DNA of 64,000 nt from an uncultured Armatimonadetes bacterium. Its GTDB lineage: Bacteria > Armatimonadota > Hebobacteria > Hebobacterales > Hebobacteraceae. Shown here one piece after another: positions 1-9,681 of the stretch (position 1 is its first letter; each line of letters begins with the position of its first letter). The position numbers and the translations under genes were made by a program. The notes under the pieces are model-generated. The model did not search any database. It had not been told where the DNA came from and saw only the letters and a program-made list of their open reading frames with translations. Location of the stretch: NCBI GenBank assembly GCA_963716175.1, contig OY970296.1:2688001-2752000 (forward strand). The letters run 5' to 3'.

Positions 1-1938
1 CGGCTTGCTGGCGAAGAGGATACCCGGCACCAGGGCGCGGTCGACGCAGTGGTCGCCACTCCATCTATCTGTGTTGTCCTCCACCAGGCGGGCCGTCACC
101 TCGCCCAGCACCGACGCGTCCGAACAGCGGTAGGCATCAGCGTAGCCGATCACCAGGTCTGGCGCCCGATCCGGCACGCTGCCTGAATAGGCCTCATCCG
201 ACAGGTAGACCTGCGCGATCACGGGCTCACCGGTGTCCGGGTCACGCGCCTGGCGCAGCTCATCCCGGAGCCGACGCGCCAGCGCGGGCCTTTCCGCGGG
301 ATCCACCGAGCCGTCAACCTCCCTTCCTCGCAGATTGAGGTAGAGGCTGTTGAACCCCAGCCCGTAGGCCGCGGTCTGCCCCCAGTCCGCGTTGGAGAAG
401 AGGTCGGCGCCGGCCTCCCACTCGGCCTTGCCCGCCAGATATCCATGCTGCGCCAGCCAGCCATTGAGGTTGAAGGCGCGACGGAACGGCGCGAACCCGT
501 GGTCGGACATGACGATCAGGGTGGTGTCTCCGTCCATTGCCTCCAAGGCCTGACCTACCAGCTGGTCGGCGGTGCGATAGCAGTCCTCGATCACGGAGCC
601 ATAGTCGCGGGCCAGGCGCGGATCGTAGGCGGGGTGCTTCGGGTCTATCGCCCGCCAGAACATGTGCTGGGTGCGATCGGTGGTGGAGAAGTAGTAGAAG
701 AGAAGGCCGCGCCGGAACTCTTTCAGCAGGGACTCATACATCCGCCGCCCTTCTCCCAGCACGATGTCGGACTGGTGAAGGTACTCAGCATCATCCAGGA
801 TGCCGTGCCTGAGGGCCTTGACGTCCTCGGGAAACCCCATGGTGTAGAACCGCCCGAACCGCTCGGCCAGCTCCCGCGCGAAGTCGCGGGGCGCGGCGAT
901 GGGAAGGGCCGGATCCATCGGATCCAGATTGATGGGCGTGACGTAGAGCTTGAAGTGGGGAGCGGCTTCCTTGAGGTAGAAGCGACAGATGCCGGTCACG
1001 CTGCTGAGATGCGGCATCAGCTCAAACTGCACCGGCAACCAGTCGCTCCACTCCCCTTGGCGCAGCATCACCTGCTGGCCCTGCAGCATGATCCTGGCCA
1101 GCCTGTGCTCGCGGTCCAGCCAGACCTCGAAATCCGCAGAGGCCTGTGGGTTCCCCTCTCGCAGCGTGTTCTCTGGTCCGATGAGGCGAGCCCGCGTGCG
1201 GCCATTTGACATGGTCACGCGGTAGACCGCGCCCCCCGAGATGCCTCTCGCACCCGGCGGCGGCGCGTCGGTGTAGTAAGAGAACTCGCCATAGGTGCCT
1301 CGCAGGTCGGGCGCTCCCAGCCCGGCGAGCTGCTCGGCGCCGGTGTCCTGGGGCGGGAAGTTGGAGGGCACGCGGTAGACTGCGCAGGGCAGGCCTCTCT
1401 CGGTCAGCAGATCCCAGAAAGCCGGGCCGCGGCGGAGGCTCTCCACTCTTCCGTGCGACAGCGGTAGCTTCCATCGGCCAACAGGCAGAGTTCGCTTGGG
1501 CGCTTCTGTCTGCGCGATCGAGAGGTATGGCAGATAGGTCGCGGGATCGCGCTCGATAAAATCGTAGATCCCGTGCCCTCCCGGGTCGCGGCCCGCGATC
1601 AAGGTGGCCCAGGCCACCGGGCTCTGCGGCGGGATGCTGCTGGTGAGCGCGCGGAAGCCGCCCAGCTCCCGCAGCCGCGCGAAATGCGGCAGCTTACCCT
1701 CGGCCATCCAGCGCGCGACCAGCCTGGCGTCGAGGCCATCCAGCCCCACCAGGATCACCTTGCGCTCTCTCGCCCGGGGCGAGAGAGCCTTTCTGCCGCA
1801 CGAGGACAGCGCGGTCAGGTCAAAGGCCGCCAGCGCGCCCAGGGCGGCCAGCTTCTTCAGGGTGGCCCGTTTCGCCGGGTCCCTGGGGCCTCCCGGGTCG
1901 GTGCGCGGCAGCCGTTGCCGTGCTTCGTCTCTACTCAC
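1..1938 (-). CDS. Alkaline phosphatase superfamily protein (type I phosphodiesterase/nucleotide pyrophosphatase-like), 3' end runs off the window
   Basis: Not in the ORF track because there is no stop in the window. Manual translation from GTG 1938 gives MSRDEARQ...KRATLKKLAALGALAAFDLTALSSC...KVILVGLDGLD...SSIPPQSPVAWATLIAG...HGIYDF. Paralog of the upstream gene, overlapping its stop codon. Confidence 0.85.
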   Translation of the reverse strand, partial: MSRDEARQRLPRTDPGGPRDPAKRATLKKLAALGALAAFDLTALSSCGRKALSPRARERKVILVGLDGLDARLVARWMAEGKLPHFARLRELGGFRALTSSIPPQSPVAWATLIAGRDPGGHGIYDFIERDPATYLPYLSIAQTEAPKRTLPVGRWKLPLSHGRVESLRRGPAFWDLLTERGLPCAVYRVPSNFPPQDTGAEQLAGLGAPDLRGTYGEFSYYTDAPPPGARGISGGAVYRVTMSNGRTRARLIGPENTLREGNPQASADFEVWLDREHRLARIMLQGQQVMLRQGEWSDWLPVQFELMPHLSSVTGICRFYLKEAAPHFKLYVTPINLDPMDPALPIAAPRDFARELAERFGRFYTMGFPEDVKALRHGILDDAEYLHQSDIVLGEGRRMYESLLKEFRRGLLFYYFSTTDRTQHMFWRAIDPKHPAYDPRLARDYGSVIEDCYRTADQLVGQALEAMDGDTTLIVMSDHGFAPFRRAFNLNGWLAQHGYLAGKAEWEAGADLFSNADWGQTAAYGLGFNSLYLNLRGREVDGSVDPAERPALARRLRDELRQARDPDTGEPVIAQVYLSDEAYSGSVPDRAPDLVIGYADAYRCSDASVLGEVTARLVEDNTDRWSGDHCVDRALVPGILFASKP

Positions 1939-4113
1939 GTGCGAGTTCGTCCTTCCCGCTCGCCGGCAGCAGCGAGTGCCCCTCCATGTAAGCCGGGGCT
2001 TTCACCCCGAAGAGGGCGAGCACGGTGGGTGCGAGGTCAGTGATCGCCGCTCCGGTGGCCTGCAGCGGCCGACTGCAGAAGAGCACGCCGGGCACGCGCT
2101 CCGGGTCCACGCAATGATCTCCGCTCCAGCGCCGCCTGTTGTCCTCGATCACCGGGCCGGCCACCTGCCCTTGAGCTGCCGCCCAGGAGGCGCGATAGCC
2201 GGGGGCATAGCCTACCGTCAGGTCTGGCCCCGCGTCCAGGTAAGGGCCTGGGCTCACGGCCGCGGTGTCGAATACCCGCTCGATGGAAACCTGCCCTGTC
2301 TCGTCATCCCGCAGGCCGGTCAGTCGCGCTATCAGCTCTTGCTTGAGCGCGGCCGCCTCGCCGCTGCTCACTATTCCCTTCGCCTCGCGGCCGGCCAGGT
2401 TGAGGTAGATCCCACTCAACCCGAGCCCGTAAGCGCGCGTGCGATCCCAATCAACCTCGCGCAACCACTCGGCCTCTCCCGCCGCGCCCGGCCTCAGGGC
2501 AAGATAGCCCTCGCGAAGCAACCACACATTCAAGTTTACCCCTCGCCGGAAGGAGCCGAACCCATGATCGGAGAGGATAATGAGCACATCTCTGGGTCCG
2601 AGTTGCGACCGGACTTGGCCCACCAGCGCATCGGCCTGCTCATAGGCCTCCTCGACCACTTCTCCGAAGGCGGTCGTTTCCTTCCCCGGGTTGGCCGCCA
2701 GGCGCTCTTCCCGCTGCCGCCAGAACATGTGCTGCACGCGATCGGTGGTATCGAAAACGCAGACCACGCATCCCTTCCCGCCGTTGCGCAGGGCATCTTC
2801 CAGCATCCTTACTCGCTCGGCAAACAGGAGCTGGCATTGGCGCAGGAAGGAGGCCTCATCCAGGACTCCCTCGTTCAGTGCCCAGGTGTCTTCGGCCAGC
2901 CCCAGGGTAGCATAGCGCCCCAGCCGCTTGGACAGGTAGATGGAGTAGGCGACCGGGTGGGACACCGGCAGGGCAGGCCGCTCGGGGTCAATGTTGATGG
3001 GCGAGATGTATAGCTGCACCTCGGGTGCGAGCTGCTTGAGGTAGCAGCGGACAATGCCGCTGGCGCTGCGGCCAGGCCCCAACCGGAAGCTCACCGGGAC
3101 CCAATCGGAGTACTCGCCCGGGCGCAGGGAAACGCGCTGCCCCGCGATCTCCAGGCGGGCGGCACCGTGGCCGTCAGGTCGAAGCGCGAAGCGCGCCTGT
3201 GCCGGCTTGTCGCTTCCTGGGAGGGGAGGACCGGGAAGGGTGCCGCGAAGCACGCCGTTGTCCCGGGCCAGCGGCAGGCGCTGGCCGCCGATGTGATCGG
3301 CTGACGCCGCGCTCTCGGTAGTGAGGAAAGTGAAAGACCCCTGGGTTCCCCGCAGGTCAGGCACGCACATGCCAGAGAGCAGCAGACCATAGAAGGGCTC
3401 GGGCGGAAAGGTGATCGGCACCCGCAGCACGGTGGAGAAGACGCCGTGCTCCCCCAGCACTGACCAGAAAGGTTTGCTTCTCCGCAGCAAGCGCAAGGTC
3501 GGCTTCGCCAACGGAATCCGCAGACCGCCCAGGCGCAGCACGCGCCGCGGCGGCCGGATCTGCGCGGATGAGAGGTCGGGCAGATAGGTGCGGGGATCGC
3601 GGTGCAGGAAGTCGTAGATGCCATGCCGGCCCGGCCCGGTCCCGGTCATGAAGGAGGACCAGGCAACCGGTGACATGGCGGGACAGGTCGTCTTGAGCCT
3701 GCTATAGGCCCCCGTGTCGCGCAGTTGGGTTAGATGCGGCAAGCGCCCGGCCGCCATCATGGGCTCCGCGATCTTGGGATCCATGCCATCCAGGCCCAGG
3801 ATCACGACCCAATCCACTTGGCTGCTGGCATAGGCTCTCCGCCGCCGGCGCCGCGGATCAGGAATCGGAGCGGCCACGTCAGCAGCACCAGGCCGCCGAG
3901 CACGATGGCCGCCACCATCACGAGGAAGGAGCCAAGCACCGCGAACCCGGCGCCGGGACCGATGTAGGCGTAGGCAGGCGAGGACGAGCAGAGAGCAGCG
4001 AGGATGCCAGTTGCGAGGATGAGCGCGCGCGGCCACAGGCGCGGTGCGGCCGCGGAATGTCCGCGCGAGGATGGCGTTGTAAGACCTCCCCAGAAACCGA
4101 ATCCCTGAGACAC
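1931..4113 (-). CDS. Alkaline phosphatase superfamily (NPP-like) protein with N-terminal signal and TM anchor; apparent 1-bp frameshift near 3847
   Basis: ORF 3802..4113 gives a signal peptide plus AYA-YIGPGAG and a TM helix. ORF 1931..4036 gives VILGLDGMD, TTCPAMSPVAWSSFMTG, SDHG, SGDH. Adding one C to a CC run joins the two frames. Confidence 0.85.
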
Positions 4114-4164
4114 TTCACTTATGGTATTCGCCGGGACACCCGCAGGCCCCTGTTGTCATGCTGC

Positions 4165-4193
4165 TTTACAGCCCATGCCTGCTGGGGTAAGCT
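4165..4193 (+). promoter_or_regulatory. Putative sigma70 promoter of the sulfatase-like gene
   Basis: TTTACA-N17-TAAGCT, 16 bp before ATG 4210. Same layout upstream of the paralog at 60241-60269. Confidence 0.5.
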
Positions 4194-4209
4194 TAGGCCA
4201 GAGCGCTCC

Positions 4210-5697
4210 ATGTCCGGTCAACGACGTCGCTATCTCTGGGTTCTCTGGCTGCTGTTCCTGCCGCTGTTCGCTTTCGCCGTCTACCACGCGTATTCGCGCT
4301 GGCAGGCCTCAGCCTTCGAGGCGGCGCCGTTCACGCCGGATGGACCTGAGGTGTCCCGCCTGCGCGGAGCGGCACAGGATGCCAACCTTGTGGTGTGTTC
4401 GCTTGACGCGGCCCGCGCCGACCACCTGGGCTGCTACGGGTATCCGCGAGACACCACGCCCAATCTCGATCGGCTGGCGCGCCAGTCCCTCGTGTTCCGG
4501 GAGCACTTCACGCAATACGTCTCGACCAAGCCCTCTGTCGCGTCTTTGCTGACGTCTCAATACAGCGACACCCACCTCGCCACCGAAGATCGCACTATGC
4601 TGGAGGGAACTTTCACTCTGGTACGCGGCCTGCGCGCCGCCGGCTTTCGCACCGTCCTGTTCAGCTCGAACCCCAACGCGTCGCCCGGCATGGGGATCGG
4701 CCGCGACTTCCAGGAGATCTACGATCAGACAGATATCAAGCCACTGGTGCGGCGATGGGAGGAGCTGACTCGCCCGGACCCGCTCCTCACCCTCATTGGC
4801 TCCTGGCTGAAGCAGCACGGGCGCTCGCGCTTCTTCGCCTACATCCACTTCGATCCGCCGCACCAGCCCTACCTTCAGCCCGCGGAGATGACGGCTCTCT
4901 TCGCGGGCCGGCAGCCGCCGAACTTCCAGCCTGGCGACTATCCATTCCCGGTCGGTGACAAGAAGACACTGGCCACCGCCGCCCACCCGCCGCTGCCGGA
5001 GTGGATCAACCTCTACGATGCAAATCTGCGCTACGCCGACTGGGCGGTGGGAGAGTTGGAGCGGCTGCTGAAGGAGGCCGGCGTCTTCGAGCATACTCTG
5101 TTCATCGTCACCGCGGATCACGGCGAGGCCTTCGGCGAACACGGCTATATCTGGCACGAGCGCGGAGTGTACGATGAGCTGACTCACATCCCGCTGATCG
5201 TGAAGTGGCCCGGCGAGAGCGGCCCGGCGCGATCGGTGCCGGCGCTGACTGAGAGCGTGGACCTGCTGCCCACGGTGTTCGATCTCTTCAGGATTCGCTA
5301 TCCCCGGGAGGGGGTTCAGGGTCGCTCGCTGCTGCCCCTGATCGCCGGCATCGCTGACAGGGTCCACGACTACGTCTTCTGTCGGTCCGATGGCAAACCC
5401 CCGAGCTATCTGGTGCGGAGCCTTCGTTACACGCTGATCCTGTACGGCAACGGCAAGTGGCGGGCGCTCTACGACTTAGGGGCCGACCCAGGAGAGCGCC
5501 ACGACATCATCGCGGAACAGCGAGGAGAAGCGGAACGCCTGCTCGCGGCCTTCGAGACCTTTGCTCGCAGTCAGCGCAGGCCGCCCGTGGATTTCCTGAG
5601 CCCGGATGCCGAGCCGGCCCCACTGCCGGAGGTGCCCAGGGCAACCTTGACGGAGGAGGAGAAGAAGCGGCTGCGCGGATTGGGCTACCTGCGCTAG
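4210..5697 (+). CDS. Membrane-anchored sulfatase-like hydrolase/transferase (Thr at nucleophile position)
   Basis: N-terminal TM helix; SLDAARADHLGCYGY..TTPNLD, TKPSVASLLTS, HFDPPH, TADHGEAF, H-IPLI, C-terminal LRGLGYL. Start taken at ATG 4210. Confidence 0.85.
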   Translation: MSGQRRRYLWVLWLLFLPLFAFAVYHAYSRWQASAFEAAPFTPDGPEVSRLRGAAQDANLVVCSLDAARADHLGCYGYPRDTTPNLDRLARQSLVFREHFTQYVSTKPSVASLLTSQYSDTHLATEDRTMLEGTFTLVRGLRAAGFRTVLFSSNPNASPGMGIGRDFQEIYDQTDIKPLVRRWEELTRPDPLLTLIGSWLKQHGRSRFFAYIHFDPPHQPYLQPAEMTALFAGRQPPNFQPGDYPFPVGDKKTLATAAHPPLPEWINLYDANLRYADWAVGELERLLKEAGVFEHTLFIVTADHGEAFGEHGYIWHERGVYDELTHIPLIVKWPGESGPARSVPALTESVDLLPTVFDLFRIRYPREGVQGRSLLPLIAGIADRVHDYVFCRSDGKPPSYLVRSLRYTLILYGNGKWRALYDLGADPGERHDIIAEQRGEAERLLAAFETFARSQRRPPVDFLSPDAEPAPLPEVPRATLTEEEKKRLRGLGYLR

Positions 5698-5718
5698 CGG
5701 AGGGCAGGTGAGTCTGCG

Positions 5719-7146
5719 CTACTTGAGGTACCCCAGGGCCCTCAGCGCCTCCAGCTCGCGCTCGCTGGCGGGCTGAGTGCCTTGGGGTGCGGGCGGGTGC
5801 TGTGCCAGCACCTCGCGTAGGTCTCCCTCCAGGCGCGCTACTGCGTCGGGCCTGGCGGCCGCCAGGTTCGTTTTCTCGCCGGGGTCTTGCGAGAGATCGT
5901 ACAGCTCCACTCCCCCGGGCGATGCAATCAGCTTGAGACTGCCGTCCCGAACCGCCTCCATCTTCCGGGACGGAAGCTCGGCCAGACCGATGCGGGGCGG
6001 AATCTTCTCCCCCTGCAGCAGCGCCTGGTAGAAGCTGTGGCCAGACATCTTCGCGCTGGTCTTGATGCCGGCGGCGTCGAGCAGGGTGGGGACGAGATCG
6101 ATGCCCTCGACCAGCTCCTGCACCTCCTGCCCGCCCCGCAGGCCTGGTAGGCGCAGGATCAGAGGCACCCGGAGCAGCTCCTGGTAAAGCGATCCGCCGT
6201 GCTTGATCTCCTGGTGCTCGAGGAAGGCCTCCCCATGATCGGCGGTGACGACGATGATAGTGTCGTCGTACAGCCCGAGGTGCTTGAGGCGCAGCAGCAG
6301 CTCCTCGATGTAGTGGTCGGCGCAGGCCACCTCGCCATCATAGAGATCGCTGAGGCGCTCCACGTCTCGCCGCGACAGGCCATGCTCGGCGAGAGCCCGG
6401 TCGGTCACCGGGGTCCACTGCTGAGGGTCGAAGACGGCGTTGTAGTCGGCGTTGACTTGGTTGTCCCTGGAGGTATAGCCAGGCCGGCCGAAGGCGGCGA
6501 AGGCCGAAGGCGGCCGGTACTGGTTGTGAGTATCCAGGTAGTGGAGATAGAGGAAGAACGGCCCCTGGCCAGGCCGGTAGCGATCCAGCCACAGCTGTGC
6601 GCGCTGGTTGAGCTTGTCCGCTGATTTGAGCTGCCATACCGAGACCCGCCCGCACTCCTGGTCGAAGTAGTCGAAGCCCCGGTCTACCCCGATGCCGGGC
6701 CCCACCAGCGGACTGGCGGAGATCGCCGCGGTGACATACCCGTGTTTTTTGAGCATCTCGGCAAGTGTGGGAAGGCGCAGGCCCGGGCCCGAGTACACCT
6801 TGCCGTCCAGCTGGACCCACAGCACACCATGCTCCCGCGGCAGCCGGCCTGTGAGCAGGGATGGAATCGAGGTGACGGTCTCTGCCCCCTGGGCCATGGC
6901 GTCGGTGAACAGCACCCCTTCTGCCGCGAGGGCGTCGAGGTTGGGCGAAGTCGGCCGGTCGTAACCATAGCAGCTCAGGCGGTCGGCGCGCATGGCATCC
7001 ACCACGATGAGCACGATGTTGGGCCCCCGGTTCTCGGGTGCGGCCTCCCTGCGCCCACACCCAGGGGCGAGCAGCAAGAGCACCGCCACCAGCGCGGTCG
7101 GGATCAGCCGAGCCCGCCGACCGGTCTTCCGGATGCACTCACTCAT
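5719..7146 (-). CDS. Sulfatase-like hydrolase/transferase, probable lipoprotein
   Basis: Lipobox-like LLLLAPGC; PNIVLIVVDAMRADRL, ETVTSIPSLLTG, HYLDTH, TADHGEAF, LRALGYL. Confidence 0.85.
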   Translation of the reverse strand: MSECIRKTGRRARLIPTALVAVLLLLAPGCGRREAAPENRGPNIVLIVVDAMRADRLSCYGYDRPTSPNLDALAAEGVLFTDAMAQGAETVTSIPSLLTGRLPREHGVLWVQLDGKVYSGPGLRLPTLAEMLKKHGYVTAAISASPLVGPGIGVDRGFDYFDQECGRVSVWQLKSADKLNQRAQLWLDRYRPGQGPFFLYLHYLDTHNQYRPPSAFAAFGRPGYTSRDNQVNADYNAVFDPQQWTPVTDRALAEHGLSRRDVERLSDLYDGEVACADHYIEELLLRLKHLGLYDDTIIVVTADHGEAFLEHQEIKHGGSLYQELLRVPLILRLPGLRGGQEVQELVEGIDLVPTLLDAAGIKTSAKMSGHSFYQALLQGEKIPPRIGLAELPSRKMEAVRDGSLKLIASPGGVELYDLSQDPGEKTNLAAARPDAVARLEGDLREVLAQHPPAPQGTQPASERELEALRALGYLK

Positions 7147-7192
7147 GACGATTCCTGTCTCGGCGCGCCAGCGCAAGAAGCGGGGCGGTCCG

Positions 7193-7900
7193 CTAGCTCC
7201 CAGCCCCGTGCCGACGGAGCAACGCCACCGCCGCCGCACGGCCCTTCGATCGGGCCTCGTACAACGGGGTCAGGCCCAGCTTGTTCCTCGCGTTCGGGTT
7301 CCCGCCCTTGGCCAGCAGGACGGCCAGCACGTCGGTGTGGCCTTCATAGGCGGCATGATGAAGAGGAGTCCAGCCCTGGTTGTCCTGGGCATTGGGATCT
7401 GCTCCTCTGGAGAGCAGGATCTCCGCCACCCGTTTCCGGTCTTCATCGGCCGCATGATGTAGAGGAGCCAGCCCGGCGTCGTCCCTGGCATTGGCGTTCG
7501 CGCCCCGCGTGAGCAGCAGCTCCACCGATTCCGTGCGTCCCATTCCCACGGCCATGTGCAGCGGTGTCCAGCCGCGCTCCTCCCGCGCATTGGCATCGGC
7601 TCCTTTGGAGAGCAGCAGCGCGGCGGCTTTAACCTGCCCCTCGACCGCGGCGTAGTGGAGCGGTGTCATGCCGAACTCATCCCTGGCGTTGATGTTCTCG
7701 CCTCTTGAGAGGGAGGTCTCGAGGGATCTGAGCAATCCCTTCTCTGCCGCTCGGTGCAGCACTGTGAACTGGCCCCTCTCGCAGCTCTCCTCTCGGGTTC
7801 GCGGCTGGCGCGCCCTCCGCAGACCAAGTGCCGTGGCGCCGATGCCCAGAGCCAACAGGATCATCCCGCCAGCGATGAAGAGAATGCGCCGGATTGACAC
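7193..7900 (-). CDS. Ankyrin repeat protein with N-terminal TM/signal
   Basis: Repeated G.TPLH.AA..G....V..LL..GA..NA units (about 5-6); hydrophobic N-terminus from GTG 7900. Confidence 0.9.
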   Translation of the reverse strand: MSIRRILFIAGGMILLALGIGATALGLRRARQPRTREESCERGQFTVLHRAAEKGLLRSLETSLSRGENINARDEFGMTPLHYAAVEGQVKAAALLLSKGADANAREERGWTPLHMAVGMGRTESVELLLTRGANANARDDAGLAPLHHAADEDRKRVAEILLSRGADPNAQDNQGWTPLHHAAYEGHTDVLAVLLAKGGNPNARNKLGLTPLYEARSKGRAAAVALLRRHGAGS

Positions 7901-8141
7901 CCGAACACTCCTCGCAGGTCGGCTCGGTTCTGCCCCGCCAGGCCGCGCGCGACCGCACACTGTATTCTACCCCGCGTTCCGCGCAGTTTCCTCCCTGCGG
8001 CAAGCAGAGTGGCCGCGACCGGTGAGTTGCCATCCCCGCGAGGGCGGGGCTGGGTGTTGCAGGATGGGTGGCAACAGGGCAGAAGTCGAAGCACGACGCG
8101 CGAGTAGTGCACGAATCGGCGCAGCCACGAGGATGAAGACC

Positions 8142-9392
8142 ATGCCTATTGCTGACGGACGAGCGCTGCGAGTGGAAGTCGAGAGTGCGGTGAACGCAGC
8201 CAAGGTGACTGATGTCCACACCCACCTCTACCCGGCCAGCTTCGGCGAGCTGCTGCTCTGGGGGATAGACGATCTGCTGACTTACCACTACCTGATCGCG
8301 GAGACGTCTCGGTGGATAGACATGCCGTACGCGGATTTCTGGGGCCTCAGCAAGCAGGAGCAGGCGGAACTCATCTGGCGCACGCTCTTCCTGGAGAACT
8401 CGCCCTACGCCGAATCCTGCCGCGGCGTGCTCACCGCGCTAAACAGGCTCGGGCTGGATACCGGCACCCGCGATCTCGCTGCCTACCGGCGCTATTTCGC
8501 GGGCCTGACCCGAGAGCAGTATGTGGACCAAGTGTTCGCAGTCGCCGGGGTGAAAGAGGTGGTCATGACTAACGACCCCTTCGACGACGCGGAGCGCCAG
8601 GTCTGGCTGCAAGCCCCCCCCAGCGACTCTCGCTTCAAGTCGGCGCTGCGCCTCGACCCCTTGCTCAATGCCTGGGATCAGAGCTGGACGAAGCTGAAGG
8701 GCTGGGGATATGGGGTAGGGGAGGAGTTGAACGCGGCGGCTCAGCAGGAGGTCCGCAGGTTCCTCACGGAGTGGGCGCGCCGAATTGAGGCAGTTTACCT
8801 CGCGGTGTCACTGCCGCCGACCTTCGACTACCCGGAGGACTCGACCCGCGGCTTGCTGATCAGGGAATGTGTTCTCCCCGTCTGCCAGGAGCTCAACGTC
8901 CCCCTCGCCATGATGATCGGGGTGAAGAAGCTGCTCAACCCGGAGTTGCGTCTGGCCGGGGACGGGGTGGGAAAGGCGCGCATCGAAGCCGTGGAACGCT
9001 TGTGCGTCGCACACCCGAGGAACAAGTTTATGGTCACCATGCTGTCCCGGGAGAACCAGCACGAGCTGTGCGTGGCCGCGCGCAAGTTCCGCAATCTGCT
9101 GGTCTTCGGGTGCTGGTGGTTTCTGAACAACCCCAGCCTGGTGGCAGAGATCACGCGCATGCGCTTCGAGCTGCTCGGCCCCAGCGTGGTCCCGCAGCAC
9201 TCCGATGCCCGGGTGCTCGATCAACTGATCTACAAATGGGAGCACTCCCGCAGGATCATCGCCGACGTGCTCTACGACAAGTACCAAGACCTGCTGGCCA
9301 CCGGCTGGCGAATCGAGCCGGCCGAGATCCAGCGGGATGTCGAGAAGCTCTTCGGCGGCAACTTCCGGAGTTTCCTCAGCAAGACCCTCTGA
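8142..9392 (+). CDS. uxaC: Glucuronate/uronate isomerase (amidohydrolase fold, BH0493-type)
   Basis: DVHTHL metal motif, LLWGIDDLLTYHYLIAE, MTNDPFD, GCWWF.NNPS, PQHSDARVLDQLIYKW. GAGGA RBS before ATG 8142. Confidence 0.85.
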   Translation: MPIADGRALRVEVESAVNAAKVTDVHTHLYPASFGELLLWGIDDLLTYHYLIAETSRWIDMPYADFWGLSKQEQAELIWRTLFLENSPYAESCRGVLTALNRLGLDTGTRDLAAYRRYFAGLTREQYVDQVFAVAGVKEVVMTNDPFDDAERQVWLQAPPSDSRFKSALRLDPLLNAWDQSWTKLKGWGYGVGEELNAAAQQEVRRFLTEWARRIEAVYLAVSLPPTFDYPEDSTRGLLIRECVLPVCQELNVPLAMMIGVKKLLNPELRLAGDGVGKARIEAVERLCVAHPRNKFMVTMLSRENQHELCVAARKFRNLLVFGCWWFLNNPSLVAEITRMRFELLGPSVVPQHSDARVLDQLIYKWEHSRRIIADVLYDKYQDLLATGWRIEPAEIQRDVEKLFGGNFRSFLSKTL

Positions 9393-9681
9393 CTCGACTC
9401 GGAGGCCCATGGGCCTGTGGGCCCCTGGGTTCAGTGGCCGTCACGGGTAGGACGGAGAACAGGCTCCTGCCTCCGGGCAGATCGCCCTGCCTGGCCCAAT
9501 CTGACGACACGACGGCCGCTTTGTCGTGTGAAACCACCATGAGTGTGCATCTCCGGTACGGAATCGGTGCAATAATGTTCCCACTCTCTCTGTCCGGAGC
9601 AGGGCCTTCGGAACCCAGGGCGAGTGGGCCCGGCGGGTCCGACACGAGAGCGGCGATCACTCGATGCAGTGACAGGGAGCT

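Noticed and set aside
445-3013. Long plus-strand ORFs (254 and 469 aa)
   Set aside because: Antisense shadows of the NPP-like genes, as expected at high GC; no motifs.
7668-8141. N-terminal 158 aa of the 574-aa uxaC ORF
   Set aside because: Overlaps the ankyrin gene on the opposite strand; homology and RBS start at 8133/8142.
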